Of a stretch of DNA of 64,000 nt, positions 24,481 to 38,224 are shown in pieces. Made by a program: the position numbers and the translations under genes. The stretch's first letter is position 1. The number at the start of each line of letters is the position of its first letter. The stretch is from positions 40,858,001 to 40,922,000 of the forward strand of contig NC_043015.1 in NCBI RefSeq assembly GCF_006345805.1, in the 5' to 3' direction. The DNA is from Octopus sinensis. Its lineage: Eukaryota. The notes beneath the pieces were generated by a model. The model had not been told where the DNA came from, did not search any database, and saw only the letters and a program-made list of their open reading frames with translations.

Positions 24481-24917
24481 ATAATTTGAGACACATTAAT
24501 AAAGATAAGTTTAACTCATTAAATTAATGCGTACCGTCTTCATTAAAGCTGCCACTGAATTTAGGACGTTTATATTACTTATGCGGTATTCTATATTTCT
24601 CAGCTAGAATGTAGTTGGGTCTCAAGGGGGTGGGACAAACCTAGCAATATGTGTTTTATTGTGAAAACAAAATTTCCATTCAAATGGTAATTACCAGACG
24701 ATTTTCTGTTTGAGTCTAACCATTTTAAGTCATGGTGGAAACGTGACCTATGTCGCAAAGAAGCATACGAGTATTGTATAAATTTTATGATTGAAAAATT
24801 GACTATTTTTTGTACAAACAAGTATACCAACCTGCGGCGCAATAAAGTGGGCTCATGGGCGCAATTGAGCCCATGGGTGGGGTTTTCCCCACTCCTGCAG
24901 TACACCAACATATTTTA

Positions 24918-25310
24918 GTCTTTTATCCTTTATTTGTTTCCTTCGTTAGACTGTGGCCATTCTGGGGCACCACCTTGAAGAATTTTTAGTTGAATGAATC
25001 GACCCCAGTACATACTTTTTTTAAAAAGCCTGGTACTTATTCTATCAGTCTCTTTTGCTGAACCACTGGGTTACAGTGACTTGAACACACTGCTACCAAT
25101 TGTCAAGCAGTGGTGGGAGACTAACATAGATACAAACACACACACACACACACATGATGGGCTTCTTCTAGTTTCCATCTACCAAATTGACCCACAAGGC
25201 TTTAGTTGGCCTGAGGCTTTAGTAGAAGATACTTGCCCGAGGTGCCATGCAGTGGTACTGAACCTGGAATCGCGTGATTGGGAAGCAAGCTTTGTACCAC
25301 ACAGCTATAC
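24918..25310 (-). mobile_element. SINE family A (older)
   Basis: Degenerate reverse complement of family A. Confidence 0.75.
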
Positions 25311-25354
25311 CTATTTGGAACAAGATTATTTTTGTTTGGTGAATGACCATAACT

Positions 25355-25572
25355 ACTTATTTCTTTATTGCCCACAAGGGGCTAAACATAAAGGGGACAG
25401 ACAAAGGGGTTAAGTCGATTACATCAACCCCAGTGTGCAACTGGTACTTAATTTATCGACCCCGAAAGGATGAAAGACAAAGTCGACCTCGGTGGAATTT
25501 GAACTCAGAATGTAATGGCAGGCGGAATACTGCTAAGCATTTCGCCCGGCATGCTACCGTTTCTACCAGCTC
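25355..25572 (-). mobile_element. SINE family D
   Basis: Reverse complement of 19298-19530. Confidence 0.85.
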
Positions 25573-26369
25573 GCCATCTTAATAACCATAACTACTGCCA
25601 CTGTCCAGTTACTGTTAGTGAGTTGGGCATGTGGAATAAAGTGACCTGTCCAGAAACATCTGTCACTGGTGGTGGTCTTGTTATTCAACAATTCGGCTAT
25701 TTCAGTTTTCCAGTTGAAATACCAATGATAATCGGATGTTAGTGGCAGTGGCCATACAGTCTCAATGGTATAAGGGTGGATAGATGTGTATTTGCATTCT
25801 TCATGCTTTCTCCTAATGTATTTGTAATATAAATGAAATAAAATAAGATCTCATTTGAAATGGAAGCAGTGCTGCCCTCTTCACTTGTATTAATCTCACC
25901 TCTACCTAACACTCACCACCCCATCTTTCTCACACTTCTAAAGAACTAAAAACAAATGCACACCTAGACTTTTAACTCATGGTTATAAATTAATGACTGA
26001 AGCATAATTAACTATAATTATAGTTAATTACGGCTAATTGTTAAAGCAATGGGAACCGGAATTAATATTAAATCTTCAGTAAATATTTTAGGCTTTTAAT
26101 TAACACTAGTAAATTTTGTCATTAATTATAATTTCTGTATTTTACATTGTGTGTTTTGTGGAAACTAGTATTGTTTGCTATAGGTTTGCATTTGGCCGAC
26201 TGTGCTAAGAATTGTTGATTTGCATTGGCCCAAAACTATTATTGGCTATTGATTAGTAATGAGCCAATCATATCATTGGTTATTGGTCTCTAGTTCATCA
26301 TTATTATGTATCGTAAGCCTGAAATGCATTGATGACATTACTACAAAAGTCTTCGCAATTAAGCTCCAG

Positions 26370-26855
26370 TTTTTCAACCACCTTGCAACTCATGCCCCAA
26401 CCGGCTCTTGATATTGCCCATCCATTTTGTTCTTTGCCTGCCTCTTCATCTGCTACCCTCTGTGCTTCCTTCCCTGATAATGTTTTCCAAAACCTCTGCA
26501 GCTTCAAATATGGCCATAATAGTTAAACTTTAGTTTTTTCACAATGCTCAGGAGTTGTCTTTCACCTTCTTGTTATAACATCCATCCATTCATCTGATGA
26601 CCCTTGTAAGAGACCCATAACAATCTCTTGTATATCCACATTTCATACGCATTATGTTCTCCTCAATTTCCTTCAGAGCCCATCCTTTGCAACCATAAAT
26701 GCCTGTTGACCAAATGAGCACTCAAACTAGCCTTGTCTCTAGGACACTTTTAATGGTCCAGATGTTATCAAGCTTTTCCCTGGATGTTCTTGCCATGGCT
26801 AGCTGTATTCTAATTTCTTTCTTACATGTGGCCTTATCTAACATTTCCAGTTAGC
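26370..26855 (-). mobile_element. Decayed RTE LINE ORF C-terminal fragment
   Basis: Minus strand KKEIRIQLAMARTSREKLDNIW..IYGCKGWALK..AYEMWIYKRLL..VLENIIREGSTEGSR*RGRQRTKWMGNIK. Confidence 0.85.
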
Positions 26856-28580
26856 TAATTGTATTGTTAGTTATCAATTTTCAGTTGGCAATCGTATTAT
26901 TGGCTATTGATATTCAATGATTCAGTCACTGATTGCTTACATTTAAAATGGTGAGAATAACAAAGGAGTGTCTGTGCAACTTAGGTGGAACAATTACCAA
27001 GGGTATTTTTGGCTTGAATGCAATGGTTTATCAGTCGTCTTTGCCGATGTGTTCCTTTTTATCATTCATATAATGAGATGTTGATTGATTCTCTGATACT
27101 GGAGGTTTCAGGTCGGTTGACAATCATCAAACCATGAGTGATATTGGTAGATTTAGTATTTTGAGAATAGGGTCAGTTTCAAGTGATTTAGTATCAGACT
27201 GTCATCTTGGAACCAGAAACAGTTTCAGTTGATCTGGCATTAGGCTGTTTTTTTTTTTTTTTTAAAGGACCAGAGACAGTCTCAGAGGATTTAGTTTCAG
27301 GCTCACATCTTCAGAATAGGGATTGCTCACTTTGCAGCTAGGTGGTTCTGGGTTCAGCTCCACTGCACAGCACCTTGGAAAAGTGTTTTCTGCTACAGCC
27401 CTAGCTTGACCAATAACTGTGGAAGCCTGTCCTGTACATATGTGTGTGTGTATGTGTTGCTTTTGCCTCCCATCATCACTTGACAACCAGAGTTCCTTTG
27501 TTTTTGTCCCTGTAACGTAGCAGTTTGCCAAAAGAGATAGGTTTAATACCAAACTTCAAAATAATTCTTGGAGGTGATTTGTTTGGCTAAAAGCCTTCAA
27601 GCCATTGCCCCAGCATGGCCACAGTCCTCTAACCAAAACAAGTGAAAAAAAGAGTGAAAAATAAAAGATAATGCAGACCTAAGATTTGAAACTATGAGCT
27701 TCATGTTCACTAGTTATGGTTATGCCCCCACCACCACCCTCTATACTCTCCCCCCTACTCTCTCCGCCACCTCATTCCCTCCAACCTAACACTTCTATAA
27801 TCTCAGCAAGATTTATTCTTGTGAGATTTTTTTGTTAAGCAAAAGTTAATCAGTTTAGAATATGTTTTTTGGCATTTAATTAGAATAAATTAATTAGTGA
27901 ACAACAATGCAGAGATGTTAACGAGAAAGGCAAACAATAAGTGGAACGGAACAAAGCAGGCAGCTTTCCCAACCCCCAAACCCCAATCCACCCCCCCCCC
28001 ATTCTGCCCTCTTTGAATGAAGAATTTGAATTTTTCTTGGATGTGTTGTAAATATGGTGGAGTTAGATGTAATCTGTGAGTTAACCGATTCCTTAGACTT
28101 CCGTGTTTTTTTTTATTTATAACTCAAAATAAGGACTGGTGATGTGTGTGTGTGTGTGTTGGAATGCCTGGGGGCTTGCTCTGCATGGAAACCCAAATGA
28201 TAAGATCAGTGCTAATGTACTTATTGTAGTAAGTGAGGAAATTTTAACTAATTAAAACTACAGCTGTAGTGAGGATAAAGAATTGATATTATGATTAAAT
28301 CCTGGTTAATTCTGGTTAAGAAAGGCAGGGGAGATAACCCCGAGAACATAAATTAATTAACACCAATTAAAAATAAAATGTGAGTGGTAATACTATGAGG
28401 GAGAATTAATTACTGTTGATTTGCACTGTTTATACTTGTATTACCTTTGTGATATGAATGAAAGCCACATGTTCACAGGGTTGGTACCAAATCATGTTTC
28501 TTTATGCTCGTATTATTTTTGTTTAATTTCTCTGAACCACCCCTCCCCACTGGTGCTCCCCTACATTTCTGCACCCCCCC

Positions 28581-28885
28581 CACATAAAAAGCACCATCCG
28601 AACGTGGCCGATGGCAGCACCGCCCCGACTGGCTTCTGTGCAGGTGGCACATAAAAAGCACAACCGACTGTGGCCGATGCCAGACCCCTCTGGCACCTGT
28701 GCAGGTGGCACGTAAAAAGCACCCACTACACTCGCAGAGTGGTTGGCGTTAGGAAGGGCATCCAGCTGTAGAAACACTGCCAGACCAGACTGGAGCCTGG
28801 GGCAGCCCCTGGCTCCCCACACCCCAGTCGAAACCGTCCAACCCGTGCTAGCGCGGAAAACGGACGTTAAACGATGATGATGATG
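28581..28885 (+). mobile_element. Family B repeat (young)
   Basis: Homology to 2711-3062, CpGs retained. Confidence 0.85.
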
Positions 28886-30775
28886 TATGAATGTCACATT
28901 CTCTCAGGTGTTGATGCTGGCTATCCCCCCCTCCACCTCCTTTATCATGGTGTTACTATTATGATATGGATTAATGTTCCACATTATTATTCTTCATCAT
29001 AAATTTATGATGCTGTGTCTCAGAAATCGACATCATTCATGAAAATGTTCCGACCCTGCCAATGACATTTTTTACTTTTCTCCTCCTAGTGGTGGTGGCA
29101 GTAGGGATCAGTAAAACAAAATACCTGTTCAATACTGAGGTCTAATCTAATCTATTGCAACCCCTTTACTGCACAGCAAGGAAATCTAAACATGTCTCAT
29201 ACAGAGGATTTAACTAAACACATTGTCTCTACCGGATGTAAATACATAGTCTCAGACTGGATTTGAACCAGGCACTGTGATTTGTAAACTCAATGGGTGA
29301 TAGCTTCACGGATAAGAACATGAGTCCTCTTAGTTTTGACATAAAAGGTTCTAGTTTGACTCCTTTCTGGGGTCATATGTATATCCAGGAATAAGATGTT
29401 TGATGATGATCAGAGACAAAACTGATAAAGAGATGTAGTATAGATGTGTAAATATTGTCAGTTATATGCTGTGGAGGAAATAATGAAATCGTGTCTGTGT
29501 TTTGAACAATGTCAGTTGTACACTGAAAGAAAATGACGAAATCTTGTCTTTGACATTTAAACTTTTTTATATATTTTGTTGTTTTAGTTTGAAGTTGGCC
29601 AGTGTCTGTGTGTTAACTACCAATACATTTAAAGAGTGCTACATACTCCATTTATGATGATACAAGTGTTACTTAACATCTCTCATATCTCTTTCTCTCT
29701 TTCTTTCAATCTCTCCCCCCCCCCTCTCTCTCTCCTTCTCAATCCATCATTCATGTAAGCAAGCATTTAACATCATAAATCTTTGTGTCTAGAACTGTTC
29801 AAAGACACAATTTTGTGTTAACGGCCACCCGGCCACCTGCCACTTAAATATATTTTAGCAAATGGCTATATATGGAGTAGTGGATGGAGGTTACGTGTGT
29901 GTGTGTGTGTGTGTACCCACCCCAATGCTACTCCACCAGCATGATAACATCCACCCAGTACATTCTGTAAATTGCTTGGCAAATGAGTAGAAACAATATA
30001 TGGGTGAGAGAGGGCCTGTTTACTCTTGACAACCTCTCTAGTGTTGGTGTCATGATAAATGTACCTGGTAAACCCTGTGAAGTGGTTGGTGATCCAAGCC
30101 AGCAAAAAAAACAAATACCATGGTATTATCAGAACAACGTGTTTAGTACTAGTATGTTGAGGACCATTTAGCATGTGGTGGGCTACTGGTTCCAAACTTT
30201 GTAATCTAGAGTTCAAATCCTGCTGTATCCACTTAAGTTTTCTTCAATGCCGGGTCGACATAATAGATAGCAGTAATACGTTGAATCAGATCAATTGTTT
30301 CAGAGCGTCCACCCTTTTACCAAAATAGTCTTGGAGCTCAGAATAAAATCAATAATTATGGATAATCTATTGAACGATTAGACTCGGACTATTTTACTGG
30401 ATTCTATATATAGAGAGTGTGGAAATAGATGTATGATGGTTATATATAGCTGTGTGTGTGTGTGTGTGTGTGTGTGGAGAGAGAGAGAAAGAGAGAGAGA
30501 GAGAGGTGGGGAGGACAATGTTTATATTTTATACAACAGGTTATTAACTAAGTTAGATGAAGAAAGAGGAGGAAAATTGTATTGTAGTGTGTCTGTCTGA
30601 CTTCGATTGACTGATGGATGCATAGAAAGGCATAGAGATGGCTAGATAAATAGATAGATATATGTATAGGGAAGAGTGATTGCTGGTCGAATTGAGTAAT
30701 GACTGACAGAGAAGAGCAAAATAGTGACTCTGCTTGTATTACATACAATGTATGTATGTGTGTGTTTGTATGTAC

Positions 30776-30824
<49 letters not shown>

Positions 30825-30827
<3 letters not shown>

Positions 30828-31054
30828 TTCTTTACTGCCCACAAGGGGCTAAACATAGAGGGGACAAACAAGGACAGACAAAGGGATTAAGTCGATTACA
30901 TCAACCCAGTGCGAAACTGGTCCTTTATTTATCGACCCCGGGAGGATGAAAGGCAAAGTCGACCTCGGCGGAATTTGAACTCAGAACGTAACGGCAGACG
31001 AAATACCGCAAAGCATTTCGCCCGGCGTGCTAACGCTTCTGCCAGCTCGCCGCC
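30825..31054 (-). mobile_element. SINE family D (young, full length)
   Basis: Reverse complement of 52690-52910; CpG-rich. Confidence 0.9.
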
Positions 31055-31132
31055 TATATATGTATATAAATAGTACGTTTATATATTTGTTGTGCAAGAT
31101 TTTTTTTTATGTGAAGCCGTGTGTTGAAACAG

Positions 31133-31310
31133 ATATTGTTATATTTCGGAATGGTCATTTTGCCAGTTTAGCCAATAAAAACACACGCACTATAAGATTA
31201 AGATTAATGTAAAAAATAAATATCACTGAAGCAAAATAATACCAAATATATAGTGCGTGTGTTTTTATTGGCTAAACTGGCAAAACGACCATTCCAAAAT
31301 ATAGCAATAT
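31133..31310. repeat. Inverted repeat, 62 bp arms, 54 bp spacer, embedded in TA tracts
   Basis: atattgttatatttcggaatggtc...acacacgcactata (31133-94) vs tatagtgcgtgtgt...atagcaatat (31249-310). Confidence 0.85.
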
Positions 31311-31469
31311 AAATATATATATATATATAATATATATATATATATGTCCAACCCATGCTAGCATGGAAAACGGACGCTAAACGATGATGATGATGATATT
31401 ATATATATATATATGCATATACATATATATTCACATATATGTATATATACATACATATACATATATATT

Positions 31470-31509
<40 letters not shown>

Positions 31510-31524
31510 TATATTTATATATAT

Positions 31525-32095
31525 CATCATTATCATCATCGTTTAACGTCCGCTTTCCATGCTAGCATGGGTTTGACGATTTGACTGAGGACTGGCAAAC
31601 CAGATGGCTGCACCAGGCTCCAATCTGATCTGGCAGAGTTTCTGCAGCTGGATGCCCTTCCTAATGCCAACCACTCCGAGAGTGTAGTGGGTGGTTTTAC
31701 ATGCCACCACCCTGAGGGCCAATCAGGCGGTACTGGCAACAGCCACGCTCAAGTGGTGTTTTTTTACATGCCACCTGCACAGGAGCCAGTAAGGCTACAC
31801 TAGTAACAATCATGTTTGAATGGTGCTTTATACATGCCACCAGCATGGAAGCCAGTCAGCTGCTCTGGCAGTGATCACGCTCTGATGGTGCTCTTAGCAC
31901 TCCACTGGTACGGGTGCCAGTCATCAAATTTACGAATTTGGTTTCATTTTGATTTCACTTGCCTCAACAGGTCTTTGCAAGCAGAGTTTTGTGTCCCATG
32001 AAGGAAAGGTACGCATAAGCGGGCTGCTTACACTTCTGGCATAGACCACGGGTTATGGTCTCACTTGGCTTGCCGGGTCTTCTCATGCAGTACAT
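31525..32095 (-). mobile_element. RTE LINE 3' end joined to a complete family-B UTR
   Basis: Minus strand caa tat gta ctg cat gag aag acc cgg caa gcc aag tga (..LHEKTRQAK*) runs into family-B subrepeats and a (gat)n tail. Confidence 0.7.
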
Positions 32096-33974
32096 ATTGT
32101 TTATATTATGTAGAAAAGTCCCTTCTCTTAAAAATGGATGGGTAGATCAACACTTACACACCACACACACACACACACACACACACCAACAAGTAAAGTG
32201 ACAACAGATAGTGTTGTCTATATAAGGTAAAACAATGGTGTTGTCTATAATATAGAACAGTAGTGTATAATAAGGCAGAACAGCAATTTTGGATAATATC
32301 ATCTCGTATATGGCTGTTAATTTCATCTGTTGAGCTAATAATTTCCTCTCTGTTGGTTACCATGGTAATGATGGTGATGGTGGCGGGGTTGGTAGTGGTT
32401 TGCGTACGTTTGTTTCTTGGGGTTGGGTCCTGTGTGATGTACATGCACATACCATAAAGCAGTTGCATGCATATTTTGAGGGCGCAGACGTTATGGCAGT
32501 TGCAAAACAGATGCAACCAAGTGTATATAATTATATAGCTGTTTCGTAGTTGTATTTGAATACACACACATAAATTCATGAAGAGGTATCTCTCTCTCTC
32601 CTTCTCTCACTATATATATATATATATATATAATATATATATATATATAATGCATGCATATATGTATATATATATATATATATACATATGCATATATATG
32701 CATGTATATATGTACATGTGTATGTATATATATATGTATCATTATCATCATCATTTAACATCTCGTGCTGGCATGGGTTGAACAGTTTGACTGGGTCTGG
32801 TATTTCATCTGTCTTTACGGTCTGAGTTCAAATTCTGCTGAGGTCAACTTTCCTTTTCAACCTTTTGGGGGTTGATAAATTAGGTACCAATTGTGTACTG
32901 GGGTCAATCTAATTGACTGGCCTGTTTCCTCAAAAGATTTCGGGCCTTGTGCCTAAAGTAGAAAAAACACATGGCTATGATGTTCCCCCACTACTATTTC
33001 TGCTCCTGGTCAGAAATGCACATATCATCAGCCACTAAGGGACATGCTCAACTGGTTAAGGTCAAACAACTGACAAGCAAATCTGTGGTATTAAGCAGAA
33101 TATTTGCTGTAGCCCATCTTTTATACCAAGACAAAACAATGTACATGATAACACTTCCAATCAGTTAAGACCAGAAGCCATGAGAGCCACTGCCTGGTAC
33201 TGCATCATGCAATTGTTATTATTATTATATCATCTCTTATTGTGTCAGCAATGACTTGGTCTCTTGAAATACTTGTAATACCTTGTGTTCTTTCTCTCTC
33301 TTTGCTGGTAATTGAAAACAACAAAAACAAACGAAAAATAACTCTGCACATGTCAAGAGTCATGCGTCCCAACTGACCAGTTACATTAAAATGTCCTGTG
33401 CTAACATAAATCACAGATGTCTGTCTGTGTTTCTCTCCTGCCACCCCCTTTCAAATTTCATGCTGTACATCCGAGGGGTTTCCCACCCCACCGACTCCCA
33501 CCCAACCCAACCCACATTTCCTCACCCTTCACTCCCGCCACATATATTTCTCAAGTTTCCGCAGATCTTCCGTATCAATTACCCAAGGTTCTCTGCTATC
33601 ACGCTAGAGATGCCAACCTCACCTCTTGCATACCATGGTTATAACCCCCTCACACACACACACACACTCTCTCTCTCTCTCTCTCTATGTCTCTCTCTCT
33701 GTCTCTCTCCACGTTATGTATGTGTCATATAAACTGATAATATCTAAACAGACAATACATGCTTATGCAGAAGGGTGACTGTAATGTTAACAGATGTAGG
33801 TAGATATCTATATACACACGTGTGTATACATGCCAGTAGATGTGTCTGAGAGGAGAGAGGTGTAGATGCGTATAAAATATGTGTATTAAATATAATTACC
33901 TGCTTTATGTTTGTGTACAAATGTATTTCTATATTTATATGTAAGTATATATGTATGTATTTTAATACCTCTAA

Positions 33975-34006
33975 TCTATCTGTCTGTCTGTCTATCTATC
34001 TATCTG

Positions 34007-34054
<48 letters not shown>

Positions 34055-34070
34055 CCTATCTATTTATCTA

Positions 34071-34101
<31 letters not shown>

Positions 34102-34258
34102 GTCTATCTACCTGTCTATCTGTCTGTCTGTCTATCCATCTATCTATCCCTCTATCTATCTATCTGTCTATCTATCTATCCATCTATCTGTCTATCTATC
34201 TGTCTACCTGTCTATCTGTCTATCTTTCTATCCATCTATCTATCTATCTATCTATCTA

Positions 34259-34296
<38 letters not shown>
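33975..34296. repeat. (TCTA/TCTG)n then (TA)n microsatellite
   Basis: Visible. Confidence 0.95.
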
Positions 34297-34299
<3 letters not shown>

Positions 34300-34347
34300 C
34301 TTGGAAATGGATGTGTGGCATTCAATTAAACGATAAATAGCATTTAC

Positions 34348-34401
<54 letters not shown>

Positions 34402-35412
34402 GTGTGTGTGTGTGTATGTATGTATATGTATCATGTATGCACACACACTCATGCCTGTGTCTGTGTGTGTGTGGTTAAATAACATGCCAGATGTTAAAAG
34501 TTAACTATTGTGAGTGTGAGGTGTGGCTGGAGGGGAGGGGCGGCGGTCGGGCCAACCACCCCCCTTCTCACCCCCATTCTCCCTTTGCTGCTCCCTTTTT
34601 TTTTTCTATATATCTCCCCTTTTCCTACCGTGTCTCCTACCATACACACACATGTTCACTTTGTTCTATCCATCCCAGTTAAGACCATACTGGGGCAGAC
34701 ACATAATGTAATATATATATGTGTATGTATGTATGTGTGTGTATACGTGTGTGCATGCATGTGTATACGTGTGTGTGTGTGTGTGCATGTACACACGTGC
34801 ACACACACACACACACACAATCAACACTGCCATTCCTTGTTTTAAATTCATGGGATTAGTATTTCCACTTTTTTTGCTTTGACCACCAGTTCCCCTCCCC
34901 ACCCCACGCCGACTCCACTCCCCCCCCCATTCTACTTCCCCAGCCCCCCAGCCCAACCGCCACTCCCTCTGACTTAGCTGTCTTCCTTCCTTCCACAGTT
35001 TAATACCTTCTCCATCTGTCGCATGGCGGTGGTGTCGGCGGGGAGTGGGTAGGCATTTGTCTAGCAAGGTTTTTTGGTGATGGTGATGGTCGTGGGAGGG
35101 TTGGTGGATTCCTTGATGTCTATATGTGCGGTGGTGGTGGTTTTTTGGGGGGCATTGGAAGACCTCTTCTGGTTCTGTTTTGTCACTGGTGGCAGCTGGT
35201 GTCTGTCATCACACTGGAATGGAGAGGCCCACCAAGACATTTACCATCCTCACCATCCTCATCATCATCATCATTTAACCCCAAACCACCACCACCACTA
35301 TCATCATTACAACTACCCCCACCCCCTCTTCCACCGCCTTCACTATCATCACAACTAGCTCACTATCACATTGCTAATATTTTCCACACCATCACCTCAT
35401 TGCCACTGTTGT

Positions 35413-35445
<33 letters not shown>

Positions 35446-35619
35446 CACCTTCACGGTAGAACAAGGCTACTGTTTACAATGACAGAAACCAGAAGCTTCT
35501 TGATGAAGAGAATGACAAATTTCATTTAACATGAGGTCGCATAACCCTGACATGTGACAATATACACAATATGTTTATATATGTCTGTGTTTATATATGT
35601 TCTTGTATATGTGCCCATG

Positions 35620-35638
35620 TGTGTATATGTATATACAT

Positions 35639-35671
<33 letters not shown>

Positions 35672-36325
35672 TATATATGTATGTATGTATATATATATAT
35701 ATGTATGTATATATATATATGTATGTGTATATATATATATATGTATGTATGTATATATATATATATATATATGTATGTATATATATATGTATGTATGTAT
35801 ATATATATATGTATGTATATATATATGTATATATGTATGTATGTATATATGTATGTATGTATATATGTATGTATGTATATATGTATGTATGTATATATGT
35901 ATGTATGTATGTATGTATATAAATATGTATGTATGTATGTATGTATATAAATATGTATGTATGTATGTATGTATATAAATATGTATGTATGTATATATAT
36001 ATGTATGTATGTATGTATATAAATATGTATGTATGTATATATATATGTATGTATGTATGTATATAAATATGTATGTATGTATGTATATAAATATGTATGT
36101 ATGTATGTATATAAATATGTATGTATGTACATATATATGTATGTATATATATATATATATTGTATGTGTATATATATATATGTATGTATGTGTATATATA
36201 TATGTATGTATGTATGTATGTGTATATATGTATGTATGTATGTGTATATATATATGTATGTATGTATGTATGTATATATGTATGTATGTATATATATGTA
36301 TGTATGTATGTATATATACATACAT
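35620..36325. repeat. ~700 bp (TATG)n/(TA)n compound microsatellite
   Basis: Visible; recurring ataaatatgtatg variant units. Confidence 0.95.
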
Positions 36326-36769
36326 ATACCCCCCACATACCTCTCTGTATGTATATACATATGTATGAGTGTGTCTCTGTGTCTCATATTTCTATAGAAA
36401 CTTCCCTCCCCCCACCCCCGGTTCTGCTTTTGTTTTTTTGGCGGTAACATGTGATATATTGGGAGGACTTATTGGTTTGTTCTCTCTCCCACTCTGTGCA
36501 TGTGTGTATGTGTGTATTAAATTACTAGTGCGTTAACAGTGTTTTGTTTCGTTGCTCTGATGTACTATAGAACATATCTATAGATTTTTAACCTACACTG
36601 TATGTCATGGCAAATGTATACAAGCCTACACACATACACACACACATATAGACAGACATGCACATACAGACATACATGCACATACATATATCTATATAAT
36701 CTGGTGTTCTGTCACCACTGTAACATCATATGGCATGCCTCCTGTAATAAAACTGTGTATGTGTGAAGT

Positions 36770-37580
36770 GCAGGTGTAGCTGTACTGTAAGAAGTGTGCT
36801 TCTCACCCACATGGCTCTAGGTTCAGTTCTATTGCATTGCACCTCAGACAAGTGTCTTCTGAGTGGATTTGGTAGATGGAAATTGAAAGTAGTCTGTTGT
36901 ATACATGTGTGTGTGTGTGATTGCGTTTCCTTGTCTTGGCATCATGTGATAGTTGTAGATGATTGTCAGTCACATTCATACAAGCGGGGTAATTCATTTC
37001 CAATCTCTATATATATAAAGCTGAAGTTGTCTGTGTGTGGCAGGTTTGGTAGCCTTCAACTAACACTATCTCCTCCGAGACCCTGCGGCGCAAGTTCACC
37101 AAAATTGAGAGTATGATAGAAGAAGGCTTGCTCTTCCTTCTGTAGAAGAAAAAATTCAAATCGGACCATGTTAAGACCAAATATTATTTACATCAAAAAG
37201 GTGCTTTTTTTCTATGAAAATCCCTATTTTTTACGATTATTTTGACTGTTTTGTCGCCATTTTTCGGTGTATTTCAACCAGAAAAATGTTCAACTAAAGA
37301 GAATAACAAGCTACATAATGCAGAATTTTTACTTTTCAAAAATTCCAATTCTAAAGGATCGAAAAGAAAACAAGTCCAAGCAACGCTAGGCTATACTGCT
37401 AGTATTTTGCTAAAAACATGTTTATGTTTGGTCATGGATAAGTATTAGCTCGCTTGGAAATAAGTGAAGGTTGGTGACGGGAAGACCATCCAGCTGTAGA
37501 AAATCTGCGTCAATGAACTCCACCTGACACCAAAAAGCATGGAAAAATACAAACGTTGAAATGTTGATGATGATGATGAT
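36770..37580 (+). mobile_element. Old tRNA-head SINE with an RTE-type tail, interrupted by a Helitron
   Basis: Family-A-like head 36770-36900; tail ggaagaccatccagctgtagaaaatc..gcatggaaaa..(gat)n at 37460-37580. Confidence 0.55.
37004..37402 (+). mobile_element. Non-autonomous Helitron
   Basis: 5' TC (tctctatatatataaagctg), 3' CTAG after gcaacgctaggctatactg, inserted between A37003 and T37403 with no TSD. Confidence 0.7.
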
Positions 37581-37673
37581 GATGATATATTCGTGTGTGT
37601 TTATTATGAGACACATTATGTGATGTTGGTGTGGTGGTCAGGTACTAGACTGAATGTTTTCACAGGACTTTGT

Positions 37674-38032
37674 GGTACATTTTGGTTATTTCGCCCCCAT
37701 TAAAAATTCGGGTTATCTCCCTCCCCGTTTTATGGGAAATATTGGAGAGCATTAAAACAAAAATATTAATATACATTAAAACAAGTAAAAAAGTAAACAT
37801 GAAAACTGACAAAATTAAACATCTTACTGAATCTGATAACATTTTTAGAACAAATTATACCATTCCTATTGAGGGTGCCATATGTCAACAGTGTGTTGAA
37901 GTATTGAATCGAAAGGATCTAACCCTTTTAATCCAATCTCTTGTCGCTACAAACTCAATTTTTTAATGGGGAGGTAACCCAATGTTTTAATGGTAATTTT
38001 TTTTAATGGGGGTGAGATAACAAAAAAGTACC
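37674..38032. mobile_element. MITE / non-autonomous TIR element (~35 bp imperfect TIRs)
   Basis: ggtacattttggttatttcgcccccattaaaaa vs ttttaatgggggtgagataacaaaaaagtacc; TSD not resolved. Confidence 0.65.
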
Positions 38033-38224
38033 GAGTAAGCTTTGTCTTTGTGTGTTCAGAGTTCACATCTTACTAAATGTAAGCATTACCTATAACCTCT
38101 CTAGGAGTCTATAAAATATAGACACATTACTGCGCAACATCATGGGCAAGTTCATTTACAAAATCAGATAAAGTTATGTAGAAAAAAGCATTATTTACAT
38201 GGAAAGTAATTATTCCCACAGCAA

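Noticed and set aside
35526-36450. Long Y/I/H/T and V/C/M/Y ORFs (also 16.5-17.7k, 33.9k, 54-55k)
   Set aside because: Translations of TA/TG/TATG/TCTA microsatellites
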